Below the pieces are notes generated by a model that had not been told where the DNA came from, did no database searches, and was given only the letters and a program-made list of their open reading frames with translations. From positions 3,243,721 through 3,307,720 of the forward strand of contig CP119318.1 of NCBI GenBank assembly GCA_029203105.1: a stretch of 64,000 nucleotides of DNA. The letters are read 5' to 3'. Position 1 is the stretch's first letter; each line of letters begins with the position of its first letter. Source of the stretch: Candidatus Kaistia colombiensis (GTDB lineage: Bacteria > Pseudomonadota > Alphaproteobacteria > Rhizobiales > Kaistiaceae). Positions 36,167 through 45,628 of the stretch are shown piece after piece. Both the position numbers and the translations under genes were made by a program.

Positions 36167-37210
36167 CTAAAGCGCGACCACCTGCTGCGTCTGGATCGAC
36201 TGGTCGGCGGCGAGCACGATCTTGAGGCTCTTCACGCCGTCATTCATGTGATCGGACAGGTCGAGGTCTTCCTCGATCGCCTTCAGCAGATAGAGCTGCT
36301 CCCGCTCGCACAACGCGTTGTGGTCCGGCTCGTCCGACACGTCGATGCGCTCGTCCGGCTTGCTCATGTCGGCATAATGGCGGAGGATCTGGCTCGTCTT
36401 GGTGTGGGCGTTGATGTCGTCCGACTTCACGCCGGAATTGTTCTCGGCCATGACGATCGAAGCCGAGCCCTTCGGGCCGAACACGTCCTTCACGAAGAAG
36501 GCCTGCTCGGAGACCATCGGCCCCCAGCCGGCTTCATACCAGCCGACCGAACCATCCTCGAACATCACCTGAAGCTGGCCGTAATTGTTGATCGGCACTT
36601 CATCGGTAAGCCGCGCGCCGATCGCATGCACCCGTACCGGCTTGGCCGAGGTCATCTGGCACATCACGTCGACATAATGGACGCCGCAATCGACGATCGG
36701 CGGGAAGCTCTGCATCAGCCGCTTGTGCCACTCCCAGGTCTCGCCATTCGACTGCTGGTTCAAATTCATGCGGAAGACGAGCGGTGTTCCAAGTTCGCGC
36801 GCGATCTCGATGAACTTGATCCAGCTTGGATGCTGGCGAAGGATGTAGCCGATCACCAGCTTGCGGTTGGTGCGCTTGGCGACTTCGACAACGCGCTCGG
36901 CGTCGGCGGCCGAGATCGCCATCGGCTTCTCGACAAACACATGCGCGCCCGCCTCCATCGCCTTGATCGCGAAGTCGGCATGGGTGTCCGGCATGGTGTT
37001 GACCGAAACCACGTCCGGCTTCAACTCGGCGAGCGCCTTCTCGAAATCGTTGAATTTCGCGACGCCCTGCAGCTCCCGCGGCAGCTCGACCTTGTCGATG
37101 TTGCGCGTGCAGAGCCCGACCAGCTCGTAGCCATCGATCTTCGCATAGGCGAGCGCATGGCTCATGCCCATATTGCCGAGACCGACGACGAGAACCCTTT
37201 GCTTGGCCAT
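36167..37210 (-). CDS. Gfo/Idh/MocA-family NAD(P)-dependent oxidoreductase
   Basis: 347 aa from MAKQRVLVVGLGNMG (ATG 37210). N-terminal Rossmann fold plus a GFO_IDH_MocA C-terminal domain. Confidence 0.85.
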   Translation of the reverse strand: MAKQRVLVVGLGNMGMSHALAYAKIDGYELVGLCTRNIDKVELPRELQGVAKFNDFEKALAELKPDVVSVNTMPDTHADFAIKAMEAGAHVFVEKPMAISAADAERVVEVAKRTNRKLVIGYILRQHPSWIKFIEIARELGTPLVFRMNLNQQSNGETWEWHKRLMQSFPPIVDCGVHYVDVMCQMTSAKPVRVHAIGARLTDEVPINNYGQLQVMFEDGSVGWYEAGWGPMVSEQAFFVKDVFGPKGSASIVMAENNSGVKSDDINAHTKTSQILRHYADMSKPDERIDVSDEPDHNALCEREQLYLLKAIEEDLDLSDHMNDGVKSLKIVLAADQSIQTQQVVAL

Positions 37211-37221
37211 GGTGCTGATCC

Positions 37222-38223
37222 CTATCCGATCCTGATGACATTGCCCGTGCGGGCGGATTCCTCGGCAGCCAGCGTCGCCTCGAGGGCGGCGGCGGCATCG
37301 GTCGGCACGCCCATCACCGGCGTCTCGCCGGCCAGCGCGCAATTGGCGAAATAGGAGAACTCGTCCCGGAGCGCGCCGCCGCGAACGCCGTTGAACTCCG
37401 GCCAATAGGTGGTGTCCGGGCTGTGCAGCTTGTCGCTCGACACGATGCCGAGATTGGGGAAGGTGTCCTGGACGTGGATGATGCCTTCCGTGCCGATGAT
37501 CGACATGCGCTCGTCAATGTCGAACGGCGTCTTCTCCGGCATGCACCAGACCGTCTCCAGCGTCGCCGTGGCGCCGCCCTCGAAGCGGTACATGGTCTGG
37601 CCGATATCCGGGTGCTTCAGGTTGCGCACCGAAATTGTCTGCGCATAGGCCGAGACGATCTTCTCGCCGGTGAACCACAGCATCACATCGGTATCGTGGA
37701 TGGCGTCGCCGACGATCGGGCCGATCTTGTCGAGGATGGTCGGTGTCCAGGCAGCCGGAATGTTGCGGCGTGACGACAACGCGACGATCTTGCCGATCTT
37801 GCCGGCGTCGATCGCCTGCTTGGCCATCCGGTAGCGCGGATTGAAGCGCACGATATGACCGACGAACAGAATGCCCTTGGCGCCCTTCGACGCCTCGACG
37901 ATTGTGCGCGCATCCTCGACCGTCGACGCGATCGGCTTTTCGAGGAAGACATGCTTGCCGGCCTTCAACGCCGCGACGGCCGGGCCGACATGCTGGTCCC
38001 ACATGGTGCAGATCGACACCGCGTCGATGTCGGGATCGGCGAGCATGTCGTTGTAGTCGGTGTAGGTCTTGGCGACGCCGAACTTGGCGCCCATCGCCGC
38101 GAGCCGGTCTGGCTGGCGGGTGCAGAGCGCGGCAAGCTCGAGATTGGGCACGCCGATGATGGTTTCGCAGTGAATTTCGCCGAACCAGCCAAGGCCGATG
38201 ACGCCGATGCGCAGTCTGTCCAT
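37222..38223 (-). CDS. Gfo/Idh/MocA-family NAD(P)-dependent oxidoreductase
   Basis: 333 aa from MDRLRIGVIGLGWFG (ATG 38223). Contains the EKP motif (VFLEKPIA). Confidence 0.85.
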   Translation of the reverse strand: MDRLRIGVIGLGWFGEIHCETIIGVPNLELAALCTRQPDRLAAMGAKFGVAKTYTDYNDMLADPDIDAVSICTMWDQHVGPAVAALKAGKHVFLEKPIASTVEDARTIVEASKGAKGILFVGHIVRFNPRYRMAKQAIDAGKIGKIVALSSRRNIPAAWTPTILDKIGPIVGDAIHDTDVMLWFTGEKIVSAYAQTISVRNLKHPDIGQTMYRFEGGATATLETVWCMPEKTPFDIDERMSIIGTEGIIHVQDTFPNLGIVSSDKLHSPDTTYWPEFNGVRGGALRDEFSYFANCALAGETPVMGVPTDAAAALEATLAAEESARTGNVIRIG

Positions 38224-38234
38224 TTCACTCCCCC

Positions 38235-39014
38235 TCAGAATTCTTCGAGTGTCAGCTCGCGCGACATGACGATGTTGCCGGCGGTCAGGCCGCAGTCGAC
38301 GGGCAGTGCCGCGCCGGTGACGGCGCTGGCGGCGTCGGATGCGAGGAAGGCGACGACGCGCGCCACCTCGATCGGGTCGACGATACGGCCAAGCGGATAC
38401 CAACGCTGGAGCGTCTCCAGCACTTTCGGATCCTTCTTGGCCCGCTCTTCCCAGAGCGGTGTGCGGACGGTCCCTGGCAGCACGATGTTGGCGCGGATGC
38501 CGTAGCGGCCATATTCCATGGCGATGGCCTTGGTCATGGCGATCATGCCGGCCTTGGCGGCGCTGTAGGCGGGGTCGCCCAACGCATGCAGGCCGTTGAC
38601 CGAGCCGACATTGACGATCGAACCGGAGCGGCGCTCGACCATGCCGGCAAGCACCGCATGAGCACAGGCATGCGCCCCACCGAGATTGCCGTTCATCTCC
38701 GACTGCCAGGCGGCCGGATCGGTGACGGCGAGCGTCGGATGATGCGAATAGCCGGCATTGTTGACGAGGATGTCGATGGCGCCAGCCGAGGCAAACGCCG
38801 TCGCGACGGCGTCCGCCGATCCGATATCGACGACCGCTGCCTTTGCCGCGATGCCTTCCGCTGCCAGTTCCTCGACGAAACCCAGAACCTTGTCGCTCTT
38901 GTCGAGCGCAAGAATGGAGGCGCCTTCGCTCCCGAACAGGCGACAGAGCGTCTGGCCGATCCCTCCGGCCGCGCCGGTGATCGCCACCCTCTTGCCTGCA
39001 AACGTACCGCTCAT
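38235..39014 (-). CDS. Short-chain dehydrogenase/reductase (SDR)
   Basis: 259 aa from MSGTFAGKRVAITGAAGGIGQ (ATG 39014). Contains NNAG and catalytic YSAAK. Confidence 0.88.
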   Translation of the reverse strand: MSGTFAGKRVAITGAAGGIGQTLCRLFGSEGASILALDKSDKVLGFVEELAAEGIAAKAAVVDIGSADAVATAFASAGAIDILVNNAGYSHHPTLAVTDPAAWQSEMNGNLGGAHACAHAVLAGMVERRSGSIVNVGSVNGLHALGDPAYSAAKAGMIAMTKAIAMEYGRYGIRANIVLPGTVRTPLWEERAKKDPKVLETLQRWYPLGRIVDPIEVARVVAFLASDAASAVTGAALPVDCGLTAGNIVMSRELTLEEF

Positions 39015-39094
39015 CCCGTTCCCCTCGATGCCGGCCGATCCGGTTCGTGCCGGATCGGCGCAGGTATAATTGCCTTGGCCGAAGCCGGCAGCAC

Positions 39095-39430
39095 TCACTC
39101 GCCGAACCAGCCTTCCTTCAGGTAGCGCATGTATTCGAACACCATCCCGTGCTTCAGCACGAAGACGACTTCGAGAAAGTCGCCGACAAGGAAGGGCGGG
39201 ATCAGGATCTCGACATCCTTCAGATGCGGCTCGAATTCCTTGACCTGGTAGGCGACATGCGGATTGTTCCGGACGATCTCCGGAACCGTGCTGTCGGGTG
39301 CATAGCGCAGGAACTCGATGTGTTCCGGATGATGGCGCGGATTGGTGACCCAGAGCCGGCTCTGCTCGACCCAGTTCTCGTCAGGCTGCTTCTCTGTCGT
39401 GGTGATCCCGACATGGTCGAAGACGAACAT
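39095..39430 (-). CDS. Small VOC/glyoxalase-fold-like protein
   Basis: 111 aa. The N-terminal FDHVGI motif is typical of the VOC superfamily; otherwise unrecognised. Confidence 0.55.
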   Translation of the reverse strand: MFVFDHVGITTTEKQPDENWVEQSRLWVTNPRHHPEHIEFLRYAPDSTVPEIVRNNPHVAYQVKEFEPHLKDVEILIPPFLVGDFLEVVFVLKHGMVFEYMRYLKEGWFGE

Positions 39431-39498
39431 TCAAGGCTCCATTGCGGCTGGACAGAAAAAGGGCGGCGACGCCGGAGCATCGCCGCCCTTGTCTTCGA

Positions 39499-40626
39499 TC
39501 AGAGGGCGGCCTGGATCGCCGCGACGTCGACCGCCTTGTAGTCGTCGGAAAGCTGGAACGCGTCCGCGTCGGCCTTCACCTTGGCGTGGTCGAAGTCATT
39601 GGCGGCCGGGATGAGCTGGTTCGAGGTGACGTCCTCGGCCTTGAACACCTTCGACACCTGGCCGAGCTTGGCGATAGCGTCGAAATAGTTCTGCCAGCTC
39701 GCCGGATCGTGAAAGCCCCACGCCTTGCGATTGTCCCAGTTCGCCCGCATCAGCGCCGTCTGCTGCATCAGCGATTCCGTCGCCACCGTCGGGTTCATCT
39801 GGCTGGCGAGGCCCGGGAACTGCTCCATGGCGATCTGGGTCGCGGCGCGCGGGTTCTGCCAGGCGAATTCGAGACCCATGGCCCAGCCGCGCAGATACTT
39901 CTCATAAGCCGCGACCTTGGCCGGATCGGTGAGATCCGCCTTGCGGATGACGAAGGAGTTGGCGGGGAATTTCGAAACGTTCTTGCCGAGCAGGTAGTCG
40001 AAATCGAGCCCCTGCCCGCGCCACTGGGCACGCAGGCCCTCCCAGGACAGCGCCGCGTCGGCCTGTCCCTGCGCCAGTGCCTGCCCCCAGGCGCTGACCT
40101 CGACATACTTGACCTTGCTGGTGTCGACGCCGGCGGCGGCCAGCATCGGGTTGGTGATCGCCTGCCAGCCGGCCGAGCCGAGGGCGATAGTCTTGCCTTC
40201 GAGGCCCTTCAGATCGGCCGGGGCCTTGCCCTTCGGGAAGGCGAAGTCGAACACGTCGCCGGCCATCACATGGTAGATGGAGACGAGGTCCATGCCCTGC
40301 TCAAGGCCGAGCGACAGGATGCCGGGCGACGGGTAGCCGAAGTCGGACTGGTTCTGGTCGACCAGCTTGACCGTTGCCGTGCCGTCCTGCGGACCGGCCT
40401 CGATCACCGTCTCCAGATCGCCGAAATAGCCATACTTCTTGGCGATCCAATAGGCGAAGTCATCGACGACTTCGAGCGTGCCGCGCGGCGAAACCCAGCG
40501 CACTACCACCTCGTCGGCAAGCGCCGAGCCGGTGGCGCCTATACCGAGCGCCGCGACCGAGACACCAGCCGCTGTCACCTGCAGAAGCCGGCGACGATTG
40601 ATCATCATGTTCGATATTTCCGTCAT
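39499..40626 (-). CDS. ABC transporter substrate-binding protein (NMT1/THI5-like, NitT/TauT family)
   Basis: Tat-type signal NRRRLLQVTAAGVSVAALG. Start at MTEISNMM (ATG 40626, GAGGGA SD); ATG 40653 is an alternative. Confidence 0.82.
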   Translation of the reverse strand: MTEISNMMINRRRLLQVTAAGVSVAALGIGATGSALADEVVVRWVSPRGTLEVVDDFAYWIAKKYGYFGDLETVIEAGPQDGTATVKLVDQNQSDFGYPSPGILSLGLEQGMDLVSIYHVMAGDVFDFAFPKGKAPADLKGLEGKTIALGSAGWQAITNPMLAAAGVDTSKVKYVEVSAWGQALAQGQADAALSWEGLRAQWRGQGLDFDYLLGKNVSKFPANSFVIRKADLTDPAKVAAYEKYLRGWAMGLEFAWQNPRAATQIAMEQFPGLASQMNPTVATESLMQQTALMRANWDNRKAWGFHDPASWQNYFDAIAKLGQVSKVFKAEDVTSNQLIPAANDFDHAKVKADADAFQLSDDYKAVDVAAIQAAL

Positions 40627-40662
40627 TGCAGTTCCCTCGTTTCTGTCAGGCATTGGTCGGGC

Positions 40663-41514
40663 TCAGGCTTCCCAATTGGCCCATTTTTTTCCGACCCAGA
40701 AGAAGAAGACGTAGATCGAGATACCGATGACCGCGAGAAGCGTGATGACCGCGAAGAATTGCGGCATGCGGATCATCGACGAATAGTAGTTCAGGCGATT
40801 GCCGAGACCTTCCGCTCCGCCGACCATCTCGGCGCCGACCGTGGTCAGCAGGCCGAAGATCAAACCGACCATCAGACCGACAATGATCATCGGCATGGCC
40901 ATCGGGATGCGGATCTTGGTGAAGATCTGGAAGGTCGAGGCGCCGAACGAGCGGGCGAGCGCGATCTTCGCCAGGTCGACGCGGCGGAATCCGGTCGCCG
41001 AATTGATCATTACCATCGGTCCTGACGCGAGCGCCACGGCGATGATGCGCGGCTCCCAGCCGAAGCCGAAGCGCAGCACCAGCAATGGCACGAGGGCCAG
41101 CATCGGCGTCGTCACCAGCAGCAGGATGTAGGGCGTGACGATCTTTTCGGCGAAGGGAAACTGGGTGATCACCGCCGCCAGCACGAAGCCGATCGAGGCG
41201 CCAATCGAGAAGCCGATCAGCAGCTCGCAGATCGTCACCACCAGGTGCGGCCAGATGAACGGCCACTCGGTGATCAGCGCCATGCCGATCTGGCTCGGCT
41301 TCGGCATGATGTATTGCGGCACCTGGAAGACACCGAGCAGAATCTGGGTACCGCCGATGATGACGACAGCGACGAGAATGATGATGAGGGTCTCGAAGGC
41401 GCTGCGACCGCCGCCCGATGCCAGGGCGGAGAAGCCGCCCGAGAGACCGGCGCCGCCGCCTGCTTCCTGCTTGGCGCCGAAGGTCGGGATCTGGTCGCGA
41501 AGTTGGCTGTCCAC
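40663..41514 (-). CDS. ABC transporter permease (NitT/TauT family)
   Basis: 283 aa, 6 TM, BPD_transp_1 EAA-like region ALARSFGASTFQIFTKIRIPMAMP. GTG start. Confidence 0.85.
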   Translation of the reverse strand: MDSQLRDQIPTFGAKQEAGGGAGLSGGFSALASGGGRSAFETLIIILVAVVIIGGTQILLGVFQVPQYIMPKPSQIGMALITEWPFIWPHLVVTICELLIGFSIGASIGFVLAAVITQFPFAEKIVTPYILLLVTTPMLALVPLLVLRFGFGWEPRIIAVALASGPMVMINSATGFRRVDLAKIALARSFGASTFQIFTKIRIPMAMPMIIVGLMVGLIFGLLTTVGAEMVGGAEGLGNRLNYYSSMIRMPQFFAVITLLAVIGISIYVFFFWVGKKWANWEA

Positions 41515-41545
41515 GTTGAACTATCCTTGAACTTGACGGCGACCC

Positions 41546-42364
41546 TCAGGCCCTGCGGTGGTCGATCATGGCCTTGATGGCATTGACGCGTTCGATGAAC
41601 TCCGGCGTCGACTGCACCTCGACGCCACGCGGCCGCGGCAGGTCGACCTCGACGATCTCCTGGATCCGCCCCGGCCGCGCCGACATCACGACGATGCGGT
41701 CGGCGAGGAACAGCGCCTCGACGATCGAATGGGTGATGAAGATGATCGTCTTGCGCGTCTCCATCCAGATTTCCTGGATGAGCAGGTTCATCTCGTCCCG
41801 GGTGAAGGCGTCGAGCGCGCCAAACGGCTCGTCCATCAGCAGAACCGACGGATTGACCGCGAGGCTGCGGACGATCGAGGCGCGCTGCTGCATGCCGCCA
41901 GAGAGTTCGCGCGGCATCTTGGTCTCGAAACCCTTGAGGCCGACGCGCTCCAGCAAGGCCTGGATCCGCGCCTTGTCGGGCGGGATCCTCTTCAGCTCGA
42001 AGGGCAGCTCGATGTTCTTTTCGAGATTGCGCCAAGGCAGCAAGTTCGCTTCCTGGAAGATCATCGCGATCTCGGGGTGCGGCTTGACGATCGGCTCCTG
42101 GCCGAGGCGGATCCTGCCGCCGCTCAATCCATGCAGTCCAGCCATCGACCAAAGCAGGGTGGACTTGCCGCAGCCGGAGGGTCCGAGAATGCAGAGGAAC
42201 TCGCCCTCCCTCACCTCAAGCGACACATTGTCGAGCGCATGCACGACGCCGCTGCGGGCCTGATAGAATTTGCTTGCCCCCTCGACCACCATTTTGGCCG
42301 GTGCCGACACGTCTGCACGCGCCGAACCAAGAGCTCCGATAGCGTTCAAGCTAGCGCCCTCCAA
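41546..42364 (-). CDS. ABC transporter ATP-binding protein (NitT/TauT family)
   Basis: Walker A GPSGCGKSTLL, signature LSGGMQQRASIVRSL, Walker B LLMDEPFGALD. The start is uncertain (TTG 42364 or ATG 42292). Confidence 0.88.
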   Translation of the reverse strand: MEGASLNAIGALGSARADVSAPAKMVVEGASKFYQARSGVVHALDNVSLEVREGEFLCILGPSGCGKSTLLWSMAGLHGLSGGRIRLGQEPIVKPHPEIAMIFQEANLLPWRNLEKNIELPFELKRIPPDKARIQALLERVGLKGFETKMPRELSGGMQQRASIVRSLAVNPSVLLMDEPFGALDAFTRDEMNLLIQEIWMETRKTIIFITHSIVEALFLADRIVVMSARPGRIQEIVEVDLPRPRGVEVQSTPEFIERVNAIKAMIDHRRA

Positions 42365-42441
42365 TTCCCTGTGAGCCTCCGGCCGGCCTCTTCGGCTCGT
42401 CCCGTCGGCGTTGTTCCCGTCGGCCCTTGTGAACCGCTCAT

Positions 42442-42468
42442 TCCTGAAATCATGTTACAGAATTTCAG
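42442..42468. promoter_or_regulatory. Inverted repeat in divergent promoter region (candidate operator)
   Basis: cctgaaat-N11-atttcagg, within the lower-GC 400-bp spacer between the ABC operon and the rpiR-like gene. There is no functional evidence. Confidence 0.2.
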
Positions 42469-42762
42469 GCTGCGCAAGAGCTAATCGATTTCCCGCCGCA
42501 ACTTCCTCAACGGCCCCAAAATCGTTGTTTTCCGTCATTGATCGTACGAATTATCTCCCCACATCCACGATATCCGCCCGTTAAATTCAATACACTCGGA
42601 TTGTCGGACAGCTTGCCGATCCTGCAAAAACGTGTAATTCAATTTCTCAATCGCACGCCTTTGCAGGTAGTCCGCCTCCATTTTTCTGGTCGCTATCCGG
42701 CCGAACGACGGACCGCAGGCAAGCCGGCATCGACCGCAACCTCTTCGGAGAGAACATCGCCA

Positions 42763-43698
42763 ATGACCAAGCGAGCCAGCTCCGGAACGACCGCCGCAAT
42801 CGATATCGTTTCCCGTATCGAGCGCGTCGAATCCGAGCTGTCCCCCGCCGAGCGTCGCGTCGCGGAGGTGGTCCGCCAGGACTTCGAGGCCGCCACGCGC
42901 CTGACCATCGCGGATCTCGCCGCCAAGGCCGGCGTCAGCCAGCCGACAGTCACCCGGTTCTGCCGCTCGGTCGGCTGCGCCTCCTTCAACGAATTCAAGA
43001 TCGGCCTGGCGACGACCTTGACGGTCGCCGCCGTCTATTTGCGCTCCGACCGGGTGTTCAGCGACGATGTCGGCCAGCTCGCCCAGACGATCATGATGCG
43101 CGCCGCCACGGCGGTCCGCGAGACGCTGGACCAGCTCGATACGGACGCCGTCGGCGCCGCGATCGCCGCCTTCGCCAAGGCTCGTCGCATCGACATCTAC
43201 GGCCAGGGCGGCGGTTCGGCCGCCCTGATCGAAGACGCGAAGCTGCGGTTGTTCCGGCTCGGAATCCCCGTTTCGGCCTATGCGGACAGCCACCAGATGC
43301 GGATGTCGGCCGCCACGCTGCAGCCGGGAGACGCCGTCTTCGCCATTTCGAACAGCGGCCATTCGCGCGCCGTCGTCGAGGCGGTGGAGATCGCCGGATC
43401 TTTTGGCGCGACGACGGTGGCGTTGACGCGGCCGGATACGCAGCTGGCCGGGGTTGCCTCGGTGCTGATCCCGAGCGCGATCGCAGAGGATGAGAACGTC
43501 CTGCTGCCGACGCCGTCCCGTTACGCCCATATGGCCGTCATCGACACGATCGCCGCCGGTGTCGCCGTGAAGCTCGGCAGCAAGGGCCGCGAGGCGCTGC
43601 GGCGCGTTCGCTACACGGTGGCGAGCATCGGCATCGCCATCCCGACACCGTCGACCGACCCTACCCCTCTGGCCCGAACCACTCACCCGCACGAATAG
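42763..43698 (+). CDS. MurR/RpiR-family transcriptional regulator (HTH_6 + SIS)
   Basis: 311 aa from ATG 42763. HTH segment IADLAAKAGVSQPTVTRFCRSVG, and a SIS domain with IDIYGQGGS and AISNSGHS. Confidence 0.88.
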   Translation: MTKRASSGTTAAIDIVSRIERVESELSPAERRVAEVVRQDFEAATRLTIADLAAKAGVSQPTVTRFCRSVGCASFNEFKIGLATTLTVAAVYLRSDRVFSDDVGQLAQTIMMRAATAVRETLDQLDTDAVGAAIAAFAKARRIDIYGQGGGSAALIEDAKLRLFRLGIPVSAYADSHQMRMSAATLQPGDAVFAISNSGHSRAVVEAVEIAGSFGATTVALTRPDTQLAGVASVLIPSAIAEDENVLLPTPSRYAHMAVIDTIAAGVAVKLGSKGREALRRVRYTVASIGIAIPTPSTDPTPLARTTHPHE

Positions 43699-43702
43699 GC
43701 CC

Positions 43703-45163
43703 ATGATGCGCCCGGCACACGATCTCGTCCTCCGCAATGCCCAGATCTATGACGGCGCAGGAGGAGCCCCTTATCGCGGCGACGTCGCCGTGACGGGCGA
43801 CCGGATCACCGCCATCGGGCCAACCGGGACGATCCCGCCGGGGGCCGGAGAGCGCGAGCAGGATATCGGCGGCCTGGCGCTGGCGCCCGGCTTCATCGAC
43901 GCCCACACGCATGACGACCGCATCGTGCTCGACGCGCCGGACATGCTTCCCAAGATCAGCCAGGGCGTGACCTCCGTCGTGGTCGGGAATTGCGGCATCT
44001 CGCTCGCACCCGTCACCTTCACCGACAGCCCGCCGCCGCCGATGAACCTTCTCGGCGGCCCCGAGGCCTATGCGTTTGGATCCTTTGCCGAGTACGCGGC
44101 AGCGATCGCCCGCGTCGTGCCGGCGGTCAATGTCGCGGCGCTGATCGGCCATTCGGCGCTGCGCCTCGCCACGATGGATGACATCGGAAGCAAGGCGTCG
44201 ACGCGGGAGATCGAGGCGATGCAGGCGCATGCCGACGAGGCGATGGCGCATGGCGCGATCGGCCTCTCCACCGGCCTGTTCTATCCGACCAACGCCGCCG
44301 CCGACATCGACGAGGTGACGCGCATCGCCGGGCGATTCGCCCAGCATGGCGGCGTCTATGCGACGCATATGCGCGACGAGTTCGAGCATGTGCTCGACAG
44401 CATCGACGAGACGGTGACAACCGCGACGGCCGCCGGCATCCCGCTCGTCATCTCGCATCACAAATGCGCCGGCGTGCACAATTGGGGCCGCACGTTGCAG
44501 ACCCTGCCGAAGATCGAGGCGGCGGCGACGCGGCACCCCGTCAATGTTGACGTCTATCCCTATGCGGCCGGCTCGACCAACCTCCGTGCCGATCTCGTCA
44601 CCGACACCTACCGAATCATGATCGCCTGGTCACAGCCCCACCCGGAAGTGCAGGCGCGCGACCTGATCGACATTGCCACGGAATGGGAAGTCGACATCCA
44701 CGAAGCCGCGCGTCGGCTCCAACCCGCCGGCGCCATCTATTTCCAGATGGACGAGGCGGATGTGCGCCGGGTGATGAGCTCCCGGCTGGCAATGATCGGA
44801 TCGGACGGGCTGCCGCACGACCACCACCCGCATCCACGCCTCTGGGGAACCTTCCCGCGCGTCATCGGCCACTATGCCCGCGACCAGAAGCTGTTTCCGA
44901 TCGAGACCGCCATCTACAAGATGACCGGCCTGCCGGCCCGCGTTTTCCAGCTATCCGGTCGCGGAAGCCTCGCCATCGGCGCCTTCGCCGACCTGGTGGT
45001 TTTCGACGCCAAGACGATTCTGGACCAGGCGACCTATGACCAGCCGCTCCGGCGTTCCATCGGCATCGCCCAGGTCTTCGTGAACGGGAAGCTGTCCTTC
45101 ACTGCCGAAGACGGCGTCGTCGGGCGCGCCGGCCGCCTGATCGGCAGACGCCGCGGGCACTGA
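43703..45163 (+). CDS. N-acyl-D-amino-acid deacylase (D-aminoacylase) family amidohydrolase
   Basis: 486 aa. Contains GFIDAHTHDD, VVVGNCGIS and the GLSTGLFYP...ATHMRDE pattern typical of the Amidohydro_3 D-aminoacylase family. Confidence 0.85.
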   Translation: MMRPAHDLVLRNAQIYDGAGGAPYRGDVAVTGDRITAIGPTGTIPPGAGEREQDIGGLALAPGFIDAHTHDDRIVLDAPDMLPKISQGVTSVVVGNCGISLAPVTFTDSPPPPMNLLGGPEAYAFGSFAEYAAAIARVVPAVNVAALIGHSALRLATMDDIGSKASTREIEAMQAHADEAMAHGAIGLSTGLFYPTNAAADIDEVTRIAGRFAQHGGVYATHMRDEFEHVLDSIDETVTTATAAGIPLVISHHKCAGVHNWGRTLQTLPKIEAAATRHPVNVDVYPYAAGSTNLRADLVTDTYRIMIAWSQPHPEVQARDLIDIATEWEVDIHEAARRLQPAGAIYFQMDEADVRRVMSSRLAMIGSDGLPHDHHPHPRLWGTFPRVIGHYARDQKLFPIETAIYKMTGLPARVFQLSGRGSLAIGAFADLVVFDAKTILDQATYDQPLRRSIGIAQVFVNGKLSFTAEDGVVGRAGRLIGRRRGH

Positions 45164-45313
45164 CCGTGTCCGGCGGGACAGCAATGGCTTACCAGGGCGC
45201 ATCTCGCGCCCCGGGGGCTCGCGGGAGGGCAATCGGGAGATCGCCGCGGCGAACCCAAGCCCGCCCTTGGCGCGGCTGCGGCGCACCGATGAACTGGAAA
45301 ATACTTTGAGAAT

Positions 45314-45390
45314 TGGTCGGAACGGCAGGATTTGAACCTGCGACCCCTTGTCCCCCAGACAAGTGCGCTACCAGGCTGCGCTACGCTCCG
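45314..45390 (-). tRNA. tRNA-Pro (anticodon GGG)
   Basis: The reverse complement CGGAGCGTAGCGCAGCCTGGTAGCGCACTTGTCTGGGGGACAAGGGGTCGCAGGTTCAAATCCTGCCGTTCCGACCA folds as a cloverleaf. Acceptor is CGGAGCG/CGTTCCG, anticodon stem CTTGT/ACAAG with loop CTGGGGG, T-loop GGTTCAAATCC, and an encoded CCA. Confidence 0.93.
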
Positions 45391-45628
45391 TCACCATCGG
45401 ACTATCAAATCCGCATTCCATTCCAGGGACTTGGCCCTGAAGCGGTCGAAACCGCGTCGGCATCGATGGGGTCGCCTGCCGATGCGCCGCTGTTAGCATG
45501 GTTCGAGCGCGCTTGTCACCGGCAATTCGGGCCGGGCTCGCGCATCCCGATTCATTTCAGTGGATTGATCGAGCGGCGGCCGGAAACACGCTGCCGGCAC
45601 GGACCCGCCGCCCTCTTCCGGCGGCTTG

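Noticed and set aside
36046-36225. 59-codon ORF starting MDCPECKSG, a zinc-ribbon-like start.
   Set aside because: It reads straight through a strong bidirectional terminator into the antisense of the convergent oxidoreductase gene. There is no SD and the second half is low-complexity.
36100-45390. Possible genomic island integrated at the 3' end of tRNA-Pro.
   Set aside because: There is no integrase or mobility gene. I could find no direct repeat of the tRNA 3' end near 35600-36160. GC content and codon usage of the cluster match the surroundings. It is treated as an ordinary catabolic locus.
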